Assembly (NCBI RefSeq): GCF_006345805.1
Contig: NW_021832532.1
Coordinates: forward strand, 108,902 to 172,901
Length of the DNA: 64,000 nt
Direction: 5' to 3'
DNA from: Octopus sinensis
Taxonomy: Eukaryota
Each line of letters starts with the position of its first letter. Position 1 is the first letter of the stretch. The notes below the pieces were generated by a model. The model was not told the DNA's origin. It did not search any database and saw only the letters and a program-made list of their open reading frames with translations. Shown here in pieces: positions 12,628-22,875 of the stretch. A program made the translations under genes and the position numbers.

Positions 12628-14002
12628 TTATATCAGTGGTTCGGTTTTCTCTTGTTCTTCTAACTTTTTTTCTGGGCCTCGTGGGGGAGTCTGACGTAGG
12701 CCCTCGAATATATGTGGAGATGTCACCTCCAATCTAAGTGGGCCTACGTCGTGGAAGAATTCGGATTTTATCCGCCCGTAATCCTTCCGGCCTATTCTGT
12801 AGATTACAAAGTCATTTTTCTTTTCCACTTTCTCCACTTTGGCCATAGCAGCCAACACGTTTCCTAGTCTGCTATTTGCTGCCTTTACGACCATATATGA
12901 GTCCATTGTCTCTCTCTTCTTTTAAAATTATTCTGGGAGGGGTGGTTTCCGTTTTTTTTTTTTCGGTAATTTTTTTCCACCCCTCCTCATTTATCTTATC
13001 CTCGCTCTTATTCTCCTCCGCCGCTGGTTCTGCTGTCACCGTCACCTCCACACCTTCGGTCTTCCCTTTTGGGCCGTCCGACGCTGCTTCTGGTGACACA
13101 TTTTCTTCTTTTTTTCTCTTGGCTTCGGTGCTTCCAGCGGTTTGGGGTGGGGTTGGCATTCCGCCCTTACATGACCCTTCTTGCCGCAGCCGAAGCACCT
13201 CGGCTTCCTGCCCTCCACGAAAACTGTTATTTTTTCATCTTCGCTGATTTTACCGTTTCTGGAATTTCTTCCAGTGTTTGTGCCTCCGCCTGAATGGCTA
13301 TCACTATTTTTTGTCCTTTCCAGAACTCCTCTTCTTCCACTGTGGCCTGGAGGATGTTTATTTTTTCCTCCAGGCCTACCATCACTGCTGCCACCAGACA
13401 TTCTGCATCTGCTTCTGGCGGTATGTTGTTCATTGTGATTTTTGACGTCCGCTTTCCTCTATATAATGGTAATAAAACAATGTTTTCTGCTTTGATCGTC
13501 TCCATCGATAGTTTTTTCGCCATCTCTTCAGTGGTAAAACGCACCTCCACTGTGCCGTATCTTTTTCCTCTGTTTATGTAGGTTATTTTGTCCATTATCG
13601 GTTTCAGACAAAACTCTATTTTTTTTTCCTCGATTTTCTGTATCATTCTTGTTGCTGTGTTGTAGGTTTTATATATAATTCTTTTCTTCTCTATATCGTC
13701 TTGTTTCTGTATGTTTGTGACCACAGTCACCTCTGTGCCCTCTTTCTTTACACTGTCTGCAAATTTTTCCAGATTTCCAATATTTATTGTTTTAATCTTT
13801 TTCCCAGCTACTTCAGCGAATTTTTTCGCTGGAGTTGATGCTGGTACTGGTTTTTCTATTTTCTTGGGCGACGCCGCCTCTTTTTTCTTCAGGCGACAAC
13901 GCCTCTTTTTTCCTTGGCGACAGCGCCTCTTTTTTTCCTGGCGACAACGCCGGGTATTCGTCCTCGCTCGTCACAGGCGAATAAGAGATGGGGGGACTCC
14001 AT
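12628..14002 (-). CDS. Unit B ORF1 (gag-like), several frameshifts
   Basis: RGKRYGTVEVRF and GRKPRCFGCGKKGHVRAEC; ends EPLI* at 12628; start at 14002 assumes a homopolymer frameshift. Confidence 0.8.
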
Positions 14003-14221
14003 CTTGAACAAATGGCTTTAACAAGCCTTTGGAATTCCAAATTAATTGTAGTTTTCCCCACCACGGGGGGAACACCAACGCGAAGTCCTCGCGCGAAGGC
14101 TGACTTCAGTTAAACAACAATAAACAAAACAGGTAGACAGACAATATAGAAAACAGAGATAATACTATGAGAGCAAAATATATAAACTTACTAATAAATG
14201 CAATTAGCTTGGAGCCAGGTG

Positions 14222-15987
14222 ATTTTATTATACCCACAAGGGGCGAACATAGAGGGGACAATACAATCGGGGAACTTAAAATAAGAAAGCGAATGACAAG
14301 AAAAGGAAAAAATAAAAGTAAAAAATGACATATGAAAGAATATTTACAATGAGATGTAAATGCCCACTCGATCCCCGGAATCGAGAGGTTACATTTTCGT
14401 CACATATATTTCACAATTTTTCTTTTTTCTCTTCTTTCTTCTCTCTCTTCTCACAATTCTATACATATTCCATGATAGCTTTCAATTCTCTAAAGTCCAT
14501 CACTGAGCCCTCAGGCAGCCGCTCTCTCACTCGAACACTCGTGTAAAACGTTACACTCTCTCCGGCAGCTCTGAGGAACTCAGCGACTCTTTCTTCGGGG
14601 ATTAGAGCAGTCTCCTGCCACTGATCGGTCATCCTGTTGACCCATATATGTCCCTCCGTATTACATGTCAAGTCTTTCATTTCAGGGCAGAAATGGAAGG
14701 TTACTAACTTGTAGAAGCAGTAATCTTGTTTCCGTCCTACGTTTTCCTTCATTTTTCTTTTCGGGCTTATTTCTTCCTTGTTCTCCTCTCTTTGTTTCTC
14801 TCTTTCTCTCTTTTTGCCTTCTTTTCTTTCTCCTTCTTTCTCTTGTCTTTTTGGTTCTTTGTCTGTTCTCTCTTTCTCTCGTGTTTTATGTTCCTTTTCT
14901 TTTTCTTTTTGTGTGCCATCTTTTCTTTTCGTTTGATTCTGATCTCTCTCTTGTTTTTTTCCTGTTGTTTCTTTTTCCTTTTTTTTTCCTGACTCTGTTT
15001 TGGTTCTATTTCTTTCTTTTCTTTTATTTCTTTTTCCTTCATTGACTTATTATTTCCTTTCTCTTGTTGTTTTGTTTCCTTTTCTATGTTTTCTTTTTCA
15101 TTTACCGTATTCTTCTTTTCTTCAAGTTCCTGCTCGCACTCCGCTACGAATTCGTATAACGGGCATTCTTTTTTAATGTGCCCCCTTGTCCCGCACAAGT
15201 AACAGTTTGGTTTTCTTCCCTCTACAATTACACTGAGGGTTTTTTTCATCTTCAATTTCTATTCTGTAGGGGAACCTTTCAATGTCCTCTTTTGTGGCCA
15301 TCAAACACAGTTCTACCCCATATCCTCTCCAGTTTACCGCGTTGGACTCCTTAAAGGATTCCACCTCCACTTCCTCTTCTGCTGCTCCTAGAATAGCTGT
15401 TGCCAGCCATTCTGTTTTCACTTCTGGGGGTATATTCGGGATTTTAACCCGGACCCCTCTTCTTCCCTTGTATGAGGGCCACATTATAAATTGTTCGGCT
15501 CTTAGTACAGTGGTAGCCAGTGAGGCTGCAATTTCTTCCGTTGCACATCTCACCTCCACCGTACCAAATTTCTTGCCTCTACTCACGTAGGTTGATTTCC
15601 CCATTATGTCTCCCAGACATTTTTCGATTTCGGCTATCTCCACTCTTGCCAGTTTCTTCGTATTTTTGTCTTGGGTTCTATATGTCACTGTCTTGTTTTC
15701 TTTGTCCTCTTTTGCTTTCGCGGGGGGGGGTTAGCTTCACGCTATCACCCTCCCTTTTGAAGAGCTTTTCATATTCTTTGAGTTTACTCTTCTCAAAGAA
15801 AACATCCTTCACGATTATCGATGAATCATTATTTTTTTTCCCGTGACCCCCGCGTAAGTCGCCATGACTAGAGGGTCAATTCACCTTCTTCGGAACGTTT
15901 CCACACGTGGAGGCAAACGCCTCGCGCGATAATAATCAATTTACACAGAACAAAGTTTCACTGTCTAGTCACAGATAACAACACGTA
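14222..15987 (-). mobile_element. Array unit A: ORF1-only (HAL1-like) element with an exact 17-bp TSD
   Basis: tagcttggagccaggtg at 14205-14221 and 15988-16004; shared tail at 14223-14268; no RT. Confidence 0.88.
14459..15865 (-). CDS. Unit A ORF1-like protein; frameshifts at homopolymer runs
   Basis: MATYAGV start; CYLCGTRGHIKKEC; ends IMEYV*; collinear with the unit C protein. Confidence 0.8.
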
Positions 15988-16002
15988 TAGCTTGGAGCCA
16001 GG

Positions 16003-16070
16003 TGTGAAAATCTTTTTTCTCTACATTGTATACTTTATAGACAATAGTCTTTCCTTTAATTTAATTTTTT
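16003..16070 (-). pseudogene. Host element E: N-terminal half of the split ORF1 fragment
   Basis: IKGKTIVYKVYNVEKKDFH aligns to KTVTYRTQD (A) and KRIIYKTYN (B); joins 4197 in frame. Confidence 0.7.
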
Positions 16071-16344
16071 ATTATCCATCTGGACTATTCCATTTCTGCA
16101 CGCTATTTTATTTTTAATTTATTACCATTCATGTGAAACCACTTATTCAAGTTCAAATCATTGATGCAATTTTATACCAATTGCTATTTTTACTTTTGTT
16201 ATGTTACGATTATATTATACTTCAGTTTGATTTTAATTATTACTTACTACATATATTAAATTGGTATTATTATTTTCATTGTTAAAGTGAAAGTGTCTGA
16301 CATAAAATAGAGAAACATTTTGTTTCACTTTTAACATGTAATAC

Positions 16345-16690
16345 TGATATAGTGGAGAAGATATGATATTACTATGGGCTCGCTCTAGTCAAGAAGTTGA
16401 ACATTTTTTTGCCCATGAAACTACATGGACCCTAAGTAAGGCATGTGTAAAATTTGAATGGAATTGATTGTGTAGTTCTCAAGTTTTAGGGAATCGTAGT
16501 GGAGAAGATATGATATTGCTGTAGGCTCGCCCTAGGCAAAAAGTTCAAAATGCTTTTGCTGATGACACTCCCCGGACCCTAAGTAAGGCATGTGTAAAAT
16601 TTGAATGAAATTGGTTGTGTAGTTCTCAAGTTTTAGGGAAACACACAGACAGACAGACACACATTGTCAGTTTTTTATATATAAAGATAT
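16345..16690. repeat. Two ~147-bp tandem copies followed by (CAGA)n and a TA-rich end; possible Helitron/Helentron-associated MITE
   Basis: tagtggagaagatatgatatt starts at 16350 and 16497; ends acagacagacagacacacattgtcagttttttatatataaagat. Confidence 0.5.
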
Positions 16691-16790
16691 ATATATATAT
16701 ATTATATATATATGTGTGTGTGTGAGTGTGTGTGTGTGTGTGTGTGGTGTGTGTGTGTGTGTGTGTGGTGTGTGTATGTGTTATGATGTG
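16680..16790. repeat. (TA)n/(TG)n microsatellite
   Basis: Visible directly in the sequence. Confidence 0.95.
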
Positions 16791-17254
16791 GTTATACACA
16801 TCTGGTGTGAAATGATAATATAAAAATAAATAGTTAGTTGTGGTTATCTTAAACTATCGCAGAAATATTCGTTAACACAGAATGCACTCTGTAAAACTTG
16901 AGCGTAGGTGTGATACTTGCTAGTCACTGTTAACTACCAACTGTTAAACCAACACGATCAAACTAACACTTGTCAAATACTACCTGACATTTCAATTAGT
17001 TCTTAATTATTGTTATAGATTAGTTCACCTTCTGTCATGTGGGTCTTTTCAGGTTTCTTCCATAACATTTCCCCTTTGATAGACTGCTTTGATGATGTAT
17101 CTGGATATAATTATCATCATTTAACATCCAGTTTTTATGCCAGCATTTGTTGAATAGTTTGACAGGATCTGACAAGCCATAGGACTATGGTTTCTATGGC
17201 TGGATACCCTTCTTAACACCAGCAACTTTACAGTGTGTATATGTATAGGTATAA

Positions 17255-17405
<151 letters not shown>

Positions 17406-17630
17406 ATACATCCATACACATTACTGTTTTAATAACCTTAATATTTTCATACTGGTCTGTTGTACAGTTTATCATACCACTATTTGTATCAGTTTCCTTT
17501 CTTTCCTCACCTGGGATGTGCAACGTACTAAAAGGAATGTTAGGAAAAATAGAAATGTAATACTGTGTACATAAATTATATTTTACAATGAATTGAAGAT
17601 AAAGTAAAATAATTTTAAACTTAATTTCAG

Positions 17631-17746
17631 GATGAAATGTTTACAGCAAATGCTTCTGTATGGATCCAAGTTAAGGATGTTCAAGATATGCCACCAGCAT
17701 TTATACATTCCTGTTGTGTTGAGAAAATCAAGAAAATTCAAACAAG
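17631..17746 (+). CDS. Cadherin-repeat gene, exon 2 (116 nt, one base short of frame)
   Basis: tttcAG/GTAA; DEMFTANASVWIQVKDVQDMPPAF; the DVQDxPP linker resembles Cad87A/CDH23-type cadherins. Confidence 0.88.
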
Positions 17747-17809
17747 GTAATACATTACATTTCCAGTTCAGTTTTTATTGTTATTGTTTTGGAGAGAAAT
17801 AATTACAAA

Positions 17810-18400
17810 AACTGATTATCATTTAATGCCTGTTGTCCATGCTGGCATGTGTTGGATGGTTTGACCAGGGCTGATAATCTAAGGTGTTGCATCAGAATCC
17901 TGTCTGATTTGGCATGGTTTCTACGGCTGGATGCCCTTCCTAACACTGACACCTCTGAGAGTTTAGTGAGTGCTTTTATATGTCGCTGGCACAGGTACCA
18001 GTTGTGTGACACCAGTATTTTCCACGACTATGATTCCACTTGGTCTGATGGCTCTTCTCAAACACAGCATATTGCTAGGAATCTCAGTCACTAGTCATTA
18101 CCTCTGTGAGATCCAACATTTGAAGTTCGTGCTTCACTACCTTGTCCCATGTCTTCTTTGGTCTACCTCTACCACAGATTCCATCTACAGTTAGAGATCA
18201 GCACTTCTTTACACAGCTGTACTTGTCCATGCACATCACATGACCATACCCGTGCAGTTGTCTCTCTTGCACATCACATCTGATGACTTTTATGACTTAC
18301 AAGACATCAACACTTTGTTGTACATGGACACTGACATTATACATCCGAGGAAGCATACTAGCTTCATTTCTTTCAAGCCCATGCATGTCCTCAGTAGTCA
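17810..18400 (-). mobile_element. RTE 3' end, degraded
   Basis: Similar to 1915-2760 (ttctacggctggatgccctt...atgaccatacc). Confidence 0.6.
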
Positions 18401-18765
18401 CAGTCCATGTTTATCTATGTTTATGTATAAATTCATGTTTAATTGTTCTGTATGTATCTCTGCGTGTTTGTATATTATGCATACATGCCCACACCATCAT
18501 TTGATCTTCACATTTCCATGCTTGCATTAGTTGGATGAAATTTATGGAGGTAGATTTTTTTTTTTTACAGCCAGATACTCTTCCTGATACCAACCTTCAC
18601 CTTGTTTCCAAGTGAGGTGATATTCCCTGTGGCCAGACATGTATTTCTGTCGAAGACTGGAAACAACTACATGGCTTGTATGATGGTGTTGATCATTTAC
18701 AATCTTCATGTGATGTCAGGACAAGGGTATACACATACACACATACACACACATGAAGAAACGTC

Positions 18766-18828
<63 letters not shown>

Positions 18829-18829
18829 A

Positions 18830-18985
18830 TATAATGGTCTTCTTTCAGTTCCCATCTACCAAATCCACTCACAAGGCTTTGGTTAGCCTTTGACAACTGT
18901 AGAAGACACTTGCCTTAGATGCCACAACATAGAACTCGACCCAAAACCACATGATTGGGAAGCATGCATCTTAGCCACATCACCA
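18830..18985 (-). mobile_element. SINE fragment (ggctgtgtgg family)
   Basis: ctttcagttcccatctaccaaatccactcacaagg...gaagacacttgcc matches 1255-1397. Confidence 0.65.
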
Positions 18986-20199
18986 TGTTTGTGCCTATAT
19001 ATCTATACATACATGCACATACACAGCCATGTCTGTGCATACACACACACACACACAGATAAGTTTATGTGGGTGTGGGTGTGAGTGCATGTCTACATAT
19101 ATCTATGTATATATGTTTATATATATATACCTGGGTATTTTCTGTGTGTGTTTATGTCTTTATGCATATGTATGTCTATATGTGCTGTATATATCTGTGC
19201 ATGTGTATATATCTATGTTTACCATTCAATATATGTGAAAGTGGTTATTGTGCATATAGTTGGTACATGTTTGAGTGAGTATGTATATCTTGGCGTGTAT
19301 GTATATATATATATTATATATATATATATATGATATATATATGATATATATATATAATATATATGTATATATATATATATATATATATGATATAATATAT
19401 ATATGATATATATATATACATATATATATCTACTATATATATGGAAATCTGTGGGTGTGTTCGTTTGTGGCGTTGTTATCTAACGCCTCCTACATCATTT
19501 TATTGATTTTGACGAAACTTGAAACGTAAGTAGAACTCAAGTCTGGAAAATTAGTTACATACTTAGATTGTTGAAAAATATCGACAATAGGGCCCCTGGA
19601 AGGCTTTCTTATATCTACTATATATAACTAATATATTATTTTTAAACATCTAAGGAAAATGACCCATTTGCTCCTGAAACGTAGCCTTATATATAACCAA
19701 GGGAAATAACCCATTCATGTTTGTAGATTTTTTCGTATAAATGAAATTGAGTATGTTTATTTCTTAGTATTTGAACTATTTGTGTTATTTTCGCAATTTA
19801 TCCAGTACAACTCTTAAACAAGTAATTAGTATTTTCCTAAACAACAGATTTACTTATTTCAGTTAGTGACTTATTCACGAATATACCAACACTAGCACTG
19901 CTGAGGGTAATATTATTGTGAATGCACAAAAACGTTTTTCAGAGTTATTTAATTTGAATTGTTATTATCTCATATCTGATTAGCCTGTTATTACATAACA
20001 TGCTTCACGATTTTAGTATACATGATGTTCTAACAGCAAAAGCAATGCCTGGTTCTTCCTTGCAGCCCTCAGATCTTCCACTCCAGCAAAAGGTTTAACC
20101 ACCTGTGAATTCAGAATATTGACCTTCACTGAGCAGTTGTGTTTCAGATAAGGCAACAATATCTATGCTATATCTATCCAGCTACTTGGCTATAACTGC

Positions 20200-20850
20200 A
20201 GATCATTTTCGAGGAAGTGTTTCTGCTGACTCAACATCTAACAATGTGCGGATGTTCCAACAACCAATGTTTAGTGGTTTAAACCTCCTCCCTCTTCTCC
20301 TTGCTGTAACATGATGATGACCAGGCACACACCGTGGTGCCATGGGACATCTGCCAGAGCAGACCCCATCACATGTTCCAGAGCCCTTATTGCCATTTAC
20401 ATCAGTACAATTTCTACTTGGCATTTGAATAATTGTCTTTTAAGGTTTCAACCAGTCATTTTTGTGATAGGTTTTACTTTTTGAAGTGATGTCTGTCCAG
20501 GATAATTTTTATAATGGGGAAAGGATTTTCAGAAATCCAATCCCACTCTCTGAATATGGACAACATATACTCGAAAATAAGAACTAGTCTACATCATAGA
20601 ATATTATCAGTGTCACAGGTTTTCTCTGAGTTTCCCTCTCCAGAGAGATGCTGTTACAACAGAGGGGCCTCCCAGTGGGCCAACCATGTACCTGGACACC
20701 AACCCAGGTATTCCCTGTTCCCACATATACATACATGCATACATACACATTTTTTTTTCTCCTGCAGGGTGTCCAACAATTGCCTCCCTCACCAAGCAAG
20801 CTTGATGGGTTTGCCAATTTAGTTGCTGATGACCCAATCATGCAATAGGT
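20200..20850 (-). mobile_element. RTE-like LINE 5' fragment including the endonuclease N-terminus
   Basis: KPLNIGCWNIRTLLD is an APE motif I. Confidence 0.6.
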
Positions 20851-20916
20851 TGTACTGTGTTACATGTTACCAGTAATGCCCAAGAGCAATCTGACATACA
20901 TACGTACATACATACA

Positions 20917-20950
<34 letters not shown>

Positions 20951-20974
20951 CATACATACATACATACATACAAA

Positions 20975-21720
20975 CAACTGGGAACTTCCACAGAAAGAGT
21001 GGAAGAAGAAATGAAGGTAGAGGCCTGAGATCTGTTCAGACAGCCTTCGAATGCTGTGTGGTTTCACTCAGGTACCACCTGTTGAACAACAGCAGCAAAA
21101 ATAAATGTATAAATGAGGTGCTGAAAGGTGAAGTGAGCAAAATTGTATGAATTGGCAGTGAGCTGCTCAAGAAGCACTCTCTCCCTGATGATCTCGTATA
21201 CAGCCCCAAAACAGCTGGGCTCTCTTACCTCAGAGAAGACCTGGGTTGAAAGCACTCAGTATAGAAAAAAAAAGACCATGCATGGGTATGAAGAAGACAG
21301 TAGAATTGACATGAAGTGCAGCCACTCTTGGACACAAGACCACTACATCACATCACTTTGAAGGCTATGCATTTGCAATCCAGGAACAGAAGATTGCCAC
21401 AAACTACCTGATGAACAAGAGAGACAGTGATGCTCTTGTAATCCCCAGGTGCAACTGCATGTGTAGGCTATGTTATGTTTCTGTGGAAGACATCTCGCAT
21501 GTGATTAGCAGCTGTCTTAAAATGTCATCACAGAACTACCTCCCTATGCAACATGATGTTGCAAAAACAATTTACAATGCCATTAGTATGAAAGACTGTC
21601 CTGAAATAAGCTTAGAAAATACCTCTGCTAAGAAATACATTCATAAACACCAACTCAAGAAATACTTGTGGAATATTCCCATCAAAACTTCTGTCAAATG
21701 TAAACATAACATATTTACAT
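20975..21720 (+). mobile_element. RLE-type (R4/Dong-like) LINE fragment
   Basis: MHGY, HFEGYAFAIQEQ and CRLCYVSVEDISHVISSC...HD motifs; preceded by (CATA)n. Confidence 0.75.
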
Positions 21721-22796
21721 TTGATGGATATTTGTCATCATCTTGTTCTCATTCCTAAAGTATTTTTTAATCTTCTTCTTCTTCTTCTTCTTCTTCTCCC
21801 CCGCCTCCCTCCTCCTCCTTCTTCTTCTTCTTCTTCTTCAAGTCACTGTCTGAAATCGAACTCAGAATCTTGGGGTTAAAGGCCCACGCTCTTAACCACT
21901 ATGCAATATGCCCACGAGCATATGGTGTAGTGGTTAATCACTTATTTTACCATAGTGCAGGAATATTTCAAAATGTTCTCTCTCTATGCACTTGCGGAGG
22001 AAAACACAAGCACATTACCATTGATTTGAATGAAACTTACATCAATGAAAATATCCTTTTCTTCCCTCTTTTTAAAGCCTAGGATCTTTATTTCTATTGA
22101 AAAGAAACCCATATATATTGCTAATGATGCTTTTTTGGTTTAGCCTCCAGTCATCCCCAGTTCAACAGACCTATAAGCAAAGGCATGACCATTCTATCTT
22201 AACTTCAGAAGTAGTGTATCTTGGACTGGTTTACAGGGTGGTAGCACTAGGTAATGATATGTATAAATACAAAGTTATTATTAGTTCAAATATACTTGGT
22301 ACACATTCGAACCCATAAAAAAGCCTTTCACTCTACTTTGTGATGGAGAATATTTCTCACTGTAGACAAATGGCGTAAATACACCAAATTCATCTTGCAG
22401 TGCCTACAGCAAGAAATTTTCTCAATGACAAAACAGAATGAATAGCTTTCTTATTGGTTCAAATGTGCTCCAAATATTTTTGAGTTGGTAATAACCGTGC
22501 CCTTGGACTAGTTTATCTAATGTCTCTTTCCATTTTTTGTAAGATGTTAGAGTGAAATTTGAAGGTTATTAGGTTGTTATTTCTTTCAGGCCAAATGATA
22601 AGGTTGAGTTTGTCATCTTTTTTGTTTGCTTATGGCTTGGATAATGGGAAAAGTATCAATTTAAGAAATTTTGATTTTTTGCTTAGTAACATTTTGCACC
22701 TTCACAAAAACTCAAAGGAAACCATTATTATAACCTTTTAATACATTTTGGAATTATTTTTGCTATTCAATCACTTCAGTTATTTTTATTTCACAG

Positions 22797-22875
22797 GGAA
22801 CTCTCATCACTAAAGTGACAGCTGAAAGCCGAGACAGAGGCATACCGAATGATATTGGTTATGAAATTATTAATG
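22797..22875 (+). CDS. Cadherin-repeat gene, exon 3
   Basis: tttcacAG/GTAT; GTLITKVTAESRDRGIPNDIGYEIIN; phase 0/1. Confidence 0.85.

Larger units (their letters stand above)
8985..14213 (-). mobile_element. Array unit B: near-full-length L1/Tx1-clade non-LTR retrotransposon (~5.2 kb)
   Basis: 5' UTR, ORF1 with CCHC, ORF2 with APE+RT+C-terminal CCHC-like motif, 3' UTR and shared tail (8986-9032). Confidence 0.93.

Noticed and set aside
4198-14268. Recurring ~47-nt direct repeat resembling a CRISPR or satellite array
   Set aside because: Spacing is kilobases and irregular, and each copy is the 3' end of a retroelement in a eukaryotic intron.
4198-16003. HeT-A/TART-like telomeric array
   Set aside because: Internal, intronic location with TSDs and no telomeric repeats; the analogy is architectural only.
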